Positions 12,501-22,580 of a DNA stretch of 64,000 nucleotides are shown in pieces. This DNA comes from Haliotis rubra. Taxonomy: Eukaryota. The notes under the pieces were generated by a model. It was given only the letters and a program-made list of their open reading frames with translations, did no database searches and was not told where the DNA came from. Position numbers and translations under genes: made by a program. The DNA lies in NCBI RefSeq assembly GCF_003918875.1, contig NW_025767236.1, positions 186,001 through 250,000 on the forward strand. The letters run 5' to 3'. Every line of letters starts with the position of its first letter. The first letter of the stretch is position 1.

Positions 12501-15500
12501 TTGCTCTGGGCCACCACTGTATAGATTAGTCACGCCATGGTGAGTGGGTGACTCTGCCATACAGGGCCCCGTTCCTCAAAGCGATCGTAGCGCTAAGGTG
12601 ATCGTAACTCCCATACTTTAACGTAGACTTACGACTGTCGTAGCGCTACGATGGCTTTAAGGAACGGGGCCCTGGTCGGCTAGTTGTGCCATTGTAACTG
12701 CATGTTAGCTGGTTCTTGTAACTGTTGCTGTCATCTGTGTTACACTGTCTATGGGTCCACTATATTACTGTTAATTGATTGTACAACTTGTATCCTGCTG
12801 TGCCAATGAGTACGGGCTAACTGCCTGGCTGCCGATGTACAAAGAGATCTTAGCGCTGTGCTGATCTGAAGTCCAAACTTTAACTTGGACTTACGACTGG
12901 CGTACCCCAATGTTTGTTCTGTTCAACGGCACCCAGTCGCAAGGGCCCTATGCTATCTAAGCGCTATGTTGAGCGCATGTTATAGTTACGATCAACTTGG
13001 CGCTTTTTGCAAATGGAGTCCATGCAGGGCCTAGTTTTCGAAGCTCTCTTAGCGCTAAGATACTCGTAAATTAATGTTAATGTATGACACTTACGACTAT
13101 CTTAGCGCTAAGAGAGCTTCGAAAATTCTAGGCCCGATCAACAAAGCGATCGTAGCGCTACGACTGTCGTAAGTTTATGTTAAAGTATGAGAGTTACGAT
13201 CACCTTAGCACTACGACTGTCGTAAGTTTATGTTAAAGTATGAGAGTTACGATCACCTTAGCTCTACGACTGTCGTAAGTTATGTTATATGGGAGTTACG
13301 GTCAAAGACGACATCACCTTAGCTCTACGACTGTCGTAAGTTTATGTTAAAGTATGAGAGTTACGATCACCTTAGCTCTACGACTGTCGTAAGTTTATGT
13401 TAAAGTATGAGAGTTACGATCACCTTAGCTCTACGACTGTCGTAAGTTTATGTTAAAGTATGAGAGTTACGATCACCTTAGCACTACGACTGTCGTAAGT
13501 TTATGTTAAAGTATGAGAGTTACGATCACCTTAGCACTACGACTGTCGTCAGTTTACGTTATAGTATGAGAGTTACGATCACCTTAGCTCTACGATGGCT
13601 TTGTGGAACGGGGCCCTGATTGTACGTAGACCAGGGACTAGAACAGTGACTGTTACAATATCACCATTAGGTACTAATGAGTAAACAAGCAGATATTGCA
13701 CTGTGTCTTATTTGAGGCATACACGATTCTTTGATCCACCAATGAGGGATCTTAGTAGAGTGACAATGTCACTAAGATCAACAATACTAGTTACTATATT
13801 TAAAAAAGTTCGAAATATCCGATTGACCAATAGTATCGCTATCGAGAAAGTATATATGTGATCTTTAAATCATAGCATTGTATTAAAGTATCAGCTTAGG
13901 GCTCCGTAACAAGACGCTATGCGGTACGACAGTGGTTTTTAGACGCCAGTACAACAAGCTGGTTAGACTGTCCTTTACAATCCCAAACATTCATCTGTCT
14001 ATCAATAACGTGTCCGACACCTGGGCAGCCGCCCCATGTCAAGTCATGAGTATTGTGAACGCCTCAATAAAGATATTATAGTGTTTCGATGAACATTGAA
14101 CCGTCTGGCGATTCGTCTTGATTTTTGTTGGCAGCACACCTACTGGGAGTAGGCAATGATTTTCTGTAAGCCATCGCATTACGTAAGTGTTATGTGAAGA
14201 TATGATAGCTAAACAATAATTGCGTACTGTTTACAGTCGAAAATCACGGATGTGTGTGAATTGGAGCATCACGTACCCAACAAACACAAACATATCTAAC
14301 TTGTCCCCCCTGCATGATATTGGGAATCCCGACCTCAAAAGGTGTCGTCATGAACGCGTAATGAAAGATGCAATACACAGTATATGATTTCAGAATAATT
14401 GTATAAATATAATTTATAAGAAAATAACGTTATATGAAGAACAGTTACATTTTTTCTATATGTCCCCCCGGAAATTCGTCTTTCATGACGTCACACCTCA
14501 ATGACATCACAGAGTATCTGACGTCATGCGGGGTATGACATCATATTTCTGTCTCTGTCGAAAACGAGAAATGTCCATTCTTGTAAAGAACATTTTGATA
14601 AATTTCGTGTTGTTTATTGTTTTGCTTCAGGTCGGCAAACTGGAATTCCTCCTTGCAGATGCGATCGCAAAGGGACGCAAGCACGTGATCACGTGCGGTG
14701 GGGCACCATCCAATCACTGTCGAGCTTTGGCTTTAGCTTGCAGACAACTCGGACTTATTCCTCATCTGTTTCTAACTTCCTGTGCGAAGGTCAGTTCAGC
14801 CATTCATCTTGGATCCGTATTATCAAATTAATTGTTAAATATGTGACTCCAAAAGGTTTTTTATTAAAAGTATTAAATTCCTGTCTGTCTGTGAATAATG
14901 TTGGTTAAAATATTTTTGTTAATTGTTTCGTTTTAGGTTGACATTAACATATACACAGTTCATTTTGATCAAAATGTCACGACAGTAACCTCTAATGAAT
15001 CATTAACACACTAAACAAACTGTAGGCAACTATACGAACTTTGTGAAATGTTTCATCATTTAGCACTCCCGTCCCTCCCAGCTAGTTCCCAAAAAGGGCT
15101 TACTTGGCAGACACATTGATTGGTTAGCAGTCAAATATAACGCTACGAACTTCACTGACTCGTCTTCAGTGTGTACCCAAAACGATTCTAATCAAATCTT
15201 AGTTCTCACCACACTCAATACATATCGACATCCCATGACTGGTGACGTCAGAATGACATTTTCGTGATCGACCAATCAAATGACAAATAGGAAGTCGGTA
15301 TTAGCCAATCAGGAATCAGTTTCTGGGACACCAGAAATGGGCTTCACACATTGTACCAATGTGGGGAATCGAACCCGGGTCTTCGGCGTGACGAGCGAAA
15401 CCTTTAACCACATGGCTACCAGACCGCACCCAAAAAGTCTGCTGTAATATAGCTTCACTGATTGCGGCGTTAAACAACATATTTTCACTTCGAAGTGAAT

Positions 15501-18500
15501 TGTAACGAGTGAACTGATTGGTTTACAGACTGCGAACGATGTGGGTTGCCGTGGCAACATTCTGCTGGACCGCTTGTCTGGAGCTGACATCTACATGATG
15601 CCGCTAGGATCAGATGACGAGACGGACGTCCATCCCAGAATGGAAGCTTTAGCCGAAAAGATTTTGTTAGTTGCTTTTACTTATTTCCCTCATCAGTGTC
15701 AGGTTATCCTCAATCTATAATCTCTGTTCTGTTATGATAAATACTTGGGACCAGTATAACCTGGCTGGGGTTCGACTGACACAATACCCGTAAAGATCCG
15801 GGTCAGAATTGGTCTTCAGCAATCCATGCTTGGCGACCTTATGTGATCGGGTGGTCAGACTCGCTGACTTGGTTACCACTTGTCATCGTATCCCACTCGC
15901 GTAGATCGTTGTTCGTGATGACAGGATTGTCTGGTCCAGAGTCGATTATTTACAGACCGCCGGCATATAGCTGGAATTTTGCAAAGTGAGGTGTTAAAAA
16001 ACAAACAACAAATCGAATGACAGGACACTGAAATAGACATCCAATCAAATTACACTATAGGTATGCCATTTAAACAAGTGGCAATATCGCCATATTGTAT
16101 GGTTTGCTGGATAAGCTGCGCTTGCGCTACAGGGAAGAAGGTTCGAGTGACCTTGATACGTTCCATGTCAAATACAACCCCCAACCCCACGCGAGCTGAC
16201 CCAACATAAGGAATAATCTTACCAGTTTTTATATCGACACAATTAGGATGGGGGTCGCAATGATTCCTTATGTCTGTTTTTGGTTCTAGAAAGGAAACAG
16301 GGGAGAAATCCTACCTCATCCCAAAGGGCGGTTCCAATCTCATGGGCGTGTTTGGCACCATGGCAATATTTGATGAGCTGTCCAGACAGGTGAGGAGAGT
16401 GAGTGAGTGAGTTTAGTTTCACGCCGCTCTTAGCAATATTCCAGCAATATAACGGCGGGGGACACCAGAAATGGGCTTCACACATTGTACCCATGTGGGG
16501 AATCAAACCCTGGTCTTCAGCGTGACGAGCGGATGCTTTAACCATTAGGTTACCCCACTGCCCCCTGAGGATAGTTGATGTTATTAGCAAGAACATAATA
16601 AATTATGAGATATTTACGGTCGCTGGTAACATTTGTCTTTAGTCTGTCAAGGAGCAGTTAGATATTTCCCTACTATTCTAAACCTGTGAAATGTCATAAA
16701 CTTCTTTCTTTATAATTCTCCGTAGACCATAAACGAACAATTCCACTTGTCCATAAATTCAAAACAAGTGGCTGGCCAGTCAAAACCAATGATGTTCCAA
16801 AGTCATGCTATAAACTTGCTGAATGCTTAGAAAGTCATGCTATAAACTTGCTGAATGCTTAGCCTTCCTCTCCCCGTTATAAGAACGGTTAAAGTATCTG
16901 TATTTGTTTGTTATATCGAGGGCGCCGTGGACAGATTTGATGACCTGTTCCTGACGTGCGGCAGTGGTGGGACCACCACGGGGCTGTGTATTGCCAACTA
17001 CCTGGCTGGGTCACCACTGAAGTAAGTGAGTGAGTGAGTGAGTGAGTGAGTGTTCTAAGTCATGAAGGTCAGATTCTGTTTATCATTTACTGTTTATTTC
17101 ACGCAAATACTCAACCTATATGGCGCACAATACAATGGAGTGATAATGTTCAAGCACAAACCGAAATATGATTCGGGCATGATTCCGGACCTATCTGTAT
17201 CCTTAAAGCGACGTATACCCCGATAAGGACAAACTTTATGAATGAACAACCTCTTTATTCAGGTATTGCAGCACGTGAATAAAAAACTTGGTCATCCATA
17301 AAATTTGTACTTACCTGACTCTCCAACTTCTAAAAATGCCATTCAAAGAATTTACGTATACCTCGTTGAGGTACATGCACTAGATGTTGTATTCGGCATG
17401 AACTGTCGGCACTGTGTACCCTGCCGGGATATTTCTGAAGTGACGTCAAAACCCAAACAATCAGTGCAGAAAGAATTCGTGGTTACTTTGATTGCATGAG
17501 TATGCTCTGAATGAATTGCCGTGTCCCGGTGTATGCCGAATAGTTTCAATTGGGCACGGTGACATGCTGCATGTTTAATTTAGTTTCTAATATTATGAAG
17601 GTGCTTTGTGTATCTGTGACGTTTCTGTGAGCAGGATTCACGGCGTAATGGTGCACAGCACTCCAGAGGACGCCCATCGACACGTGAACGAAACGCTGCG
17701 TCAGCTGGGGGTCGAGGACGCCAGGTCGGAGGACATCGTCGACGTCATCGACACCTACCAGGGGGAGGGCTACTCCATCTCCAAACAGGAGGAACTAGGT
17801 ATGTGTGAGTGAGTGATCTCAAACGTTAACGCAGAACCCACCTGAATGACGCTGACAACATGATCAGGGCGAACCGAGTTCTTGTGGCAGTTTTTCTCCA
17901 CAACACATTTATAGTCCACTCGGACATTGACGGACGATTTTGAAGGTCAAGGTCAATAGGTGTCACTAGATATTGTGTACAGCCTACTTCTTCCAAGTGC
18001 TACCCAGGGTACTTAATTGTGCTACCGCGGGTCTTTAAGTGCTGACTTAGGTCATTAATTGTGCTTAGCCAAGGTCTTCAATCATGCTATCACTGGTCTT
18101 TAAGGGGCTATTTTGAGGTTCTTAATTGTGCTACCCCGGGATATTAATTGTGCTACCCCGGGATATTAATTGTGCTACCCCGGGATATTAATTGTGCTAC
18201 CCCAGGTATTTAAGGTGCTCTCCAAGGTCCTTAATTGTGCTACCACAGTCCATTAAGGTGCTAAAAAGGTCTTTAATTGTGCTACCCCAAGATGGTAGGG
18301 GTAGACTCGAGGGTCGCCGGGTTAGTTTACTTTCTCAGCAGCTGATTCTGGGGGTAGAGGTAAATGCATCGGGCGGTCATCGTACCCCGGGTGTGGGTGT
18401 CGCAATATACCAATCACTGGTTTGTCTGGTCGCAACTCGAGTATTACCATTTGTTGTCATACTGCTTCAGTATCACAGGGTGGCCTAAAACAACCAAAAC

Positions 18501-19290
18501 ATACTGAACACCTAACACCTGACCACGACAGTTTATCTGTCTTCCAGATTTCATAGTGGAGGTGAGCAGTACGACGGGGGTGTTGGTTGACCCCACCTAC
18601 ACTGGCAAGGCCGCCTGGGGGCTTGTACAGGAGATGAAAAACAACCCCACCCGCTTCAAGGGACGGAGGGTCCTCTTTCTACACACAGGTAAGTTGTGGG
18701 TTTGGGTCTGGGGTTTAGCGACTCCCATATACACGGTCAAGGGCTCCTGGGAGGGGTTGGTGGGGGAGGAGGATAGGGGTGCAGGAGATGAAACACAACC
18801 CTGGTCGCTTCATGCGGAGGGGGTCTTCTTTATATACACAGGTGAGCTGGGGAGGGGCTAGGGAGGGTGGCGTGGGAGTTGCTGTTCTACCCAGACAACA
18901 CAGGAAAGCAGTCTGGGACGTGTTCTGGAGATGCAGGTTGGGAGTGTCCACTTTGTAGACACGTGAGTGGGTTTTTTGATCTGCAGGGCTTAGAGGTGAT
19001 GGGTTGTTTACGTAATTACCGCCATCACGCTAAGGGACGGTGGGGTAGCCGGGTGACTTAAGCGTTCTCCCGTCACACCGAAGGCACGGCTTCGATTGCC
19101 CGGAAACAGTATGTGGAGCCTAAATGTACAAAACATACTCAGTGACTCATTTTTTAACATTGTTTCAGGTGGGATGTTCGGGCTGTTTGACGGTCGAATG
19201 GATGACATGTTAGTGCAACCTGGAGCGTTGACGAACCACGTGACAATGTGCCCTAAAAACCCCGACCAGACGCAGAATGGGTCACACTGA
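3409..19290 (+). CDS. D-cysteine desulfhydrase / ACC deaminase family PLP enzyme, paralogue A (spliced; exons 2-9, 5' exon not found in window)
   Basis: Exons 3409-3522, 14631-14789, 15529-15665, 16290-16389, 16921-17021, 17635-17798, 18548-18688 and 19169-19290 join in frame with GT-AG introns. Motifs: SGNK-x-x-KLE (PLP lysine), [22 protein letters not shown]. Lengths of exons 2-8 (114/159/137/100/101/164/141) are identical to paralogue B. Confidence 0.9.
4015..5877 (-). CDS. pol: Gypsy Pol (aspartic protease + reverse transcriptase), truncated, expressed by -1 frameshift
   Basis: LIDTGA protease; RT motifs [35 protein letters not shown]. The ORF track start at 5913 is a GTG within the gag overlap. 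Confidence 0.93.
   Translation of the reverse strand, partial: FKPVIPTVKDLTVGAEESLTNGPFLYRVVGKCPETSITANGMSLTCLIDTGAQVSTITESFYKEHLSAEELLDMGRLIRITAANGQDIPYLGYLALEIKAFGHNMGIIWFMVVKDPTDEDTRTRKQKVPGVLGSNALRDIRLKVTQDNLQVPKDVHQVLAYYDQIPASTKQNLRIRVSGRKPILVPARSLMVFEGTVQPSKVSYTAIIEEISAPLPVGLKLGPTVVNVDSTGRVPCQVANFSDKAIYLNPRTQVGVLNLAEVEPTYDVVEVSCNEVQVTDTSGNSLKSQLVDSLLQRMDVSESLPSSCQQKLQELINKHSDVFSKDEDDIGFCDAIEHKIPTMDDIPVRIPHRRIPPSQWQEVRDYLRKSLEKGIIRESSSPYAAPVVLVRKGTKLRVCCDYRSLNLKTRKDAYPLPRIDEALTVLKGAKYFCSLDLAHGFNQIAVAKEDIEKTAFRVGTGGLYEYLRMPFGLTGAPGTFMRLMDRIFGDENFQTLLIYLDDILIFGTTFGQTLERLDMVLTRVSKFNLKVKPEKCQLFKEKLRYLGHLVSQTGISPDPEKIEAVTRWPIPKTETELRGFLGLAGYYRKFVPSFASVAAPLHSLLRCLLYDCIMESDITG
5865..6770 (-). 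CDS. gag: Gypsy Gag with CCHC zinc knuckle
   Basis: 301-aa ORF; [14 protein letters not shown] fits CX2CX4HX4C. Confidence 0.92.
   Translation of the reverse strand: MADEEPAVVVADPNLKKMELLAMELEALRIKVRDQELSLSASASKPLVLSTGRQLPRFKDKPLRAGDTTLEEWISDLKVSAETRKLSDEDYAVLLCDNLGGRARQEILARGPDTRKSPCQIIKTLRKVFGEGNDLPAAQHRFYSYRQTAGSDLVTTSLDLIELYDKIVEIDSTFHGMKEMALKGQLAESAYHEVQRREIRRLTREHPELSFLDLRDRVIEWLGGNSKERSIVYAQEHQAQMADILKRQEAIIERQQEQIASLLNSTRPRGPRTCWSCGEEGHIQRRCPRNRRNPPKQALNQ
6815..6832 (-). promoter_or_regulatory. Primer-binding site complementary to the tRNA-Leu 3' end
   Basis: Minus strand TGGTGTCAGAAGTGGGAT lies 2 nt inside the LTR end; it is the complement of the metazoan tRNA-Leu(CAA) 3' end ...ATCCCACTTCTGACACCA. 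Confidence 0.85.
6835..7056 (-). repeat. 5' LTR (about 222 bp)
   Basis: Termini TGTAGCG...CGCTTACA on the minus strand; AATAAA on minus near 6885; adjacent to the PBS. Confidence 0.8.
8320..8435. mobile_element. Short MITE with TA flanks (Tc1/mariner-like, non-autonomous)
   Basis: TIR CTCATGCCAATAATGGTTGTCA...TGACAACCATTATTGGCATGAG flanked by TA; second copy at 49964-50052. Confidence 0.8.
8660..9761. repeat. 41-bp minisatellite (about 27 copies)
   Basis: Unit TTCCTAGTATCGTGTAGAGAACCCGTGTGTGCAAGCTGACC. Confidence 0.97.
10091..10258 (+). mobile_element. tRNA-derived SINE (family 1), full length with TSD
   Basis: A box TAGCCTAGTGG, B box GGTTCGATTCC, core GATATTGCTGGAATATTGCTAAAAGCGGCGTAAAA, (ACTC)n tail, TSD CAAACGATA. 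Confidence 0.9.
11195..13618. mobile_element. Cluster of five related ~110-bp foldback/MITE elements (11195-11309, 12562-12674, 12824-12936, 13026-13136, 13131-13618)
   Basis: Shared palindromic arms (AAAGCGATCGTAGCGCTA...CTTACGACT...TAGCGCTACGAT) and GGGCC/GGGTG termini. Confidence 0.75.
13158..13595. repeat. 53-bp tandem repeat (about 8 copies) expanded inside a foldback element
   Basis: Unit CTACGACTGTCGTAAGTTTATGTTAAAGTATGAGAGTTACGATCACCTTAGCA. Confidence 0.92.
14631..14789 (+). CDS. Desulfhydrase A exon 3 ([11 protein letters not shown]...SCAK)
   Basis: ttcag| and |gtcagt; KLEF and SNHCRA motifs. Confidence 0.92.
15320..15432 (-). mobile_element. SINE family 1, partial
   Basis: Reverse complement of the tRNA head and body of 10091-10258. 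Confidence 0.8.
15529..15665 (+). CDS. Desulfhydrase A exon 4 ([19 protein letters not shown]...)
   Basis: tacag| and |gttagt; GN-x-LL motif; 137 nt as in paralogue B. Confidence 0.88.
15786..16012 (+). mobile_element. SINE-like repeat family 2 (other copies about 41552-41820, 43846-43955, 48213-48440, 60175-60365)
   Basis: Shared ACCCGTGAAGATCCGGG...GGATTGTCTGGTCCAGACTCGATTATTTACAGACCGCCGCCATATAGCTGGAATATTGC...(CAAA)n. Confidence 0.75.
16290..16389 (+). CDS. Desulfhydrase A exon 5 ([16 protein letters not shown]...)
   Basis: tctag| and |gtgagg; YLIPxGGSN motif. Confidence 0.9.
16397..16565 (-). mobile_element. SINE family 1 inserted a few nt downstream of the exon 5 donor
   Basis: Full reverse copy; TGAGGA is repeated on both sides. 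Confidence 0.88.
16921..17021 (+). CDS. Desulfhydrase A exon 6 ([18 protein letters not shown]...)
   Basis: GSGGT phosphate-binding loop; |gtaagt donor; acceptor is an unusual GAG. Confidence 0.88.
17635..17798 (+). CDS. Desulfhydrase A exon 7 (IHGVMVH...[14 protein letters not shown])
   Basis: gcag| and |gtatgt; Y-x-G-x-GY motif. Confidence 0.9.
17995..18290. repeat. Degenerate 22-bp tandem repeat
   Basis: Unit TTAATTGTGCTACCCCGGGATA. Confidence 0.8.
18548..18688 (+). CDS. Desulfhydrase A exon 8 (...DPTYTGKA...VLFLHT)
   Basis: ttccag| and |gtaagt; DPxYTGKA motif. Confidence 0.93.
19169..19290 (+). CDS. Desulfhydrase A exon 9 ([11 protein letters not shown]...stop)
   Basis: tttcag| acceptor; completes HTGG; ends in TGA. 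Confidence 0.9.
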
Positions 19291-19559
19291 CCGGGCAATG
19301 GTGATACCGAGAGGAGCTCCTCACCCTACACGTCACATTGGGGTGACAATGAAATCTGCTGATGAGTTTTGTAGTTGTTTACGCTTAGGTTTAGTTGCAT
19401 CTAGCTGAGCCCGCAGCGCTCGAAGATAGACATGCTAGAATATAGATGAGTCCTCCTTCCCCAGGACCAAATACAAATCTATTACTATCTGGAAGCGCAC
19501 GTAATATATCCAACTCATCAATGTGTCCCGATTGTAGAGGGCAGAGCATGAGTTCTCAG

Positions 19560-19740
19560 TAGAACAAGTAGGTATATGGATGACAACTTCTTTTATTCTA
19601 GAGCACGACGTTTCGATACAGATTCTTGTATCGTTTTTAAGAACCTGTATCGAAACGTTGTGCTCTAGAATAAAAGAAGTTGTCATCCATATATACTTGT
19701 TCTATCTGACTTCCAACTTCTAAGATGCCACTCAAAGAAG
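19560..19740. repeat. Long hairpin (about 65-bp arms), dispersed family (relative at 17225-17350)
   Basis: TATGGATGACAACTTCTTTTATTCTAGAGCAC...GTGCTCTAGAATAAAAGAAGTTGTCATCCATA, followed by a shared CCAACTTCTAARATGCCAYTCAAAGAA tail. Confidence 0.8.
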
Positions 19741-21203
19741 TCCTGAGTTCTCTGTTTCATGTGTGTATTATGATGCATAGTTTTAAAGAATTATATTTTA
19801 TATATGAGGGTGTCACTTGGTTTTGTCACACCGGAAGTCGAGTTGACCTACACGGGGTGTGGTTGTGTAATACAGCACATAGTTGACACGAACCAGCACA
19901 CGGGTGTCAATGTTACAATGTTGAATTTTAATTTTCGTTTCTCTTTTCTTGAAAAGAGTGGCAACTCGATAAAATATGTAGCTCTTATCTTAAGAGTTTA
20001 TGCCATGCATTCTATGCAAAAGTCTGTTTTATTTGTCTCGGCTGTAAGGCAAGAGGTCTTCAGTTGGGTGGTATGGCTAATTAACTGGTATGCCATCTGA
20101 TTGAAGATCGGGTAGGTGGGAGAAGCCTGGCACGCTGGTGTACGTCATGAGCTGATCACCCAGACGGACACGGCGTGTATAGCTGGTGTACGTACCGTCA
20201 AGAGCTGATCACCCAGACGGACACGACCGTGTATATTGTTTTTGTTTTGTTGTTTCTAATTGTTAACTTTGATTTCATGATTAAAAAGACCAAGTCTGTA
20301 CAAAGCAAACAAGTGATGTACTTGAGTTGACTTGGTGCTATGTGTGCGGTCAGGTATCAACATATACATAGATCTGTCCCGTGGATTCTTTTGTACCAAG
20401 GACAATAGTTAGAAGCATACAGGGAACCTTAAATAGAGTCGAACCTGGTTGTGTCGAATTACTGGTGGTCTCAAACTCACCTCCCTGTCCTTGCGAACTT
20501 CTATATTTATCATCATCTCGGATTTGCTTGACTGGACATGTCGAGTTGTCTGGAACTCTGGGAGTATCTGGCATCCAAATTATATACAGGACGTAACTTG
20601 ACAGATGCGGTTTCGCGGCAGCGAGCAGTTTTTTGTTCTTTAATCTTATTTGTGACTGGCGGAAACTGGACGGAAATACGAGGCTTGTTATAATCCTTGT
20701 TGGGTTGAACTTTCTATACTAAGAATGTTGTCATTACTGCCTTTACTAAGCACTACAAAATGTCCATTAATCATCGATTTTATTCATCTTGTTAAATCTA
20801 CGAAGTCGTTTATTTCGTTTTATTTCTCCTTTGTATTACCTGCTAAATATATATTTGTTCTTTGTTATAATGAAAAGTGAAATATATATCATCGATAGCA
20901 TTTGCTCGTGCGTTGAAAAAAGATATGTGTGAGCTGGCTTATTATTATAATATCTAAAGTTGGTGAAGTGACGGGCTGAATTACATGTCAATTACTGGGA
21001 ATGTGATCATTTACATAGTAAGATTTTACTGAGTGAGTTTAAACTGTGCATATCAAAGCTCATTACTGTATACACAAGGTACAGGATTGTTCTCCCGTGT
21101 CTGCAGCGACGCGCACTTTGAGAAATGAGTGAAACGGTGATGCTGAAATGTCTTAGAAACCCAAAGATGATTGGGTTCAATGTAATTATCTCTCAAAACA
21201 AGA

Positions 21204-21368
21204 GGCGCGGTGGGGTAGCCTAGTGGTTAACACGTTCTCTCATCACGCCGAAGACCCGGGTTCGATTCCCCACATGGGTACAATGTGTGAAGCCCATTTC
21301 TGGTGTCCCACGTCGTGATATTGCTGGAATATTGCTAAAACCGGCGTAAAACTAAAATCACTCATTCA
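21204..21368 (+). mobile_element. SINE family 1 with 12-bp TSD
   Basis: A/B boxes; TSD CTCAAAACAAGA. Confidence 0.9.
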
Positions 21369-22422
21369 CTCAAAACAAGATGTTTGGTGGTCCGCGTTTC
21401 ACTTTGATGGTTGTCCTGAATCCCGGGGAACTGGAATTTTCATTTTCCCACGACTTCAACACAACGAGGTTCGACTATATATAGGAAGTGTTCTTCAAAC
21501 ACCTGGTCAAAAATTTCGTCGTCATTTGAGTCCTGTAGCCTTCCGCAATAAGTTTATTATTGGTTTATTCAAATAGTCCAAACCATGATCCTGATCTATT
21601 TAACGGCAGCTACTTGTCAATGCATCAGTTGGACGTGATGCTTTGGGTTTTTTGCTCAAATCATTCTTTTTGTCAAAATGGGCGTGGTTAGAGTGTTGCT
21701 TGTTTTGTTTGTTGATTTAGGGGTTTTTTTTAGTTTTAGAAACAAGGGCATGCCCGCAGCTGTTTCATTCTGTGTTGTTGGTTAATATTTGTCATTTGAC
21801 TATAAGATGGGCCCTATATGCGCAGATCTTAAAATGCTTCCACTGTGGGCTGTGGTATAGGAGAATTATCGAAAACTATGGAAAACATGAGACAAACGTT
21901 CATTCAAGTTTGCTTATCCAGTATATCATATCAGACCACTTGTTTCTTTGGATTCGTTTTCAGACCTATACGACACATGACACAAAATCGTTTCTGTGGT
22001 ACCGTCCTGATGTGACACATTGAGAGGAGCCATCTTCGACCTTGCAGGATATTGTCTCTGCATTCTGTTACGATGAGTTCGTTCTTTTGTCTGTCCGGTT
22101 TCATATCTCGCTGATGTGATATTTTGGATTATTGTGGACTGTTTCACGGGTCCAGAGTATTTATTACAACATAACCAAGTTATACTATCCAGGATAACCG
22201 AAGATGCCACTCGTCACATCTATCTGGTTGTGTGTACTTAGTCTTGAATACTGTACATTCCCTACTGTTGAGTACTTTGTTATAGGGTTTGTTAGCAGCT
22301 GTATGTTATTTTTCATACAAGTATTCCACTTTTCGTTTATCTGTGTTATTCACATTTACCCACAAGAGTACAGCATTACTGACGGATGGGTTCACTTGTT
22401 GATTTACACACACACTCAAAGT

Positions 22423-22580
22423 GGGGGCTGAGTAGGTTAGATCGCCGACTCTGTGCTGGCTAGTAGGTACCTGCCTCTAAGAGTGTGGGTTCGAATCCCG
22501 GATGGGACTCAATCAAAAAGAATACAAAAATCTGAATTGTACAGATATAATTTATGTTAGATTTGAAAACTTTCTAAATG
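22423..22580 (+). mobile_element. tRNA-derived SINE family 3 (other copies about 32893-33025 +, 43958-44160 -)
   Basis: B box GGTTCGAATCC followed by GGATGGGACTCAA, with a shared body in three places. Confidence 0.65.
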
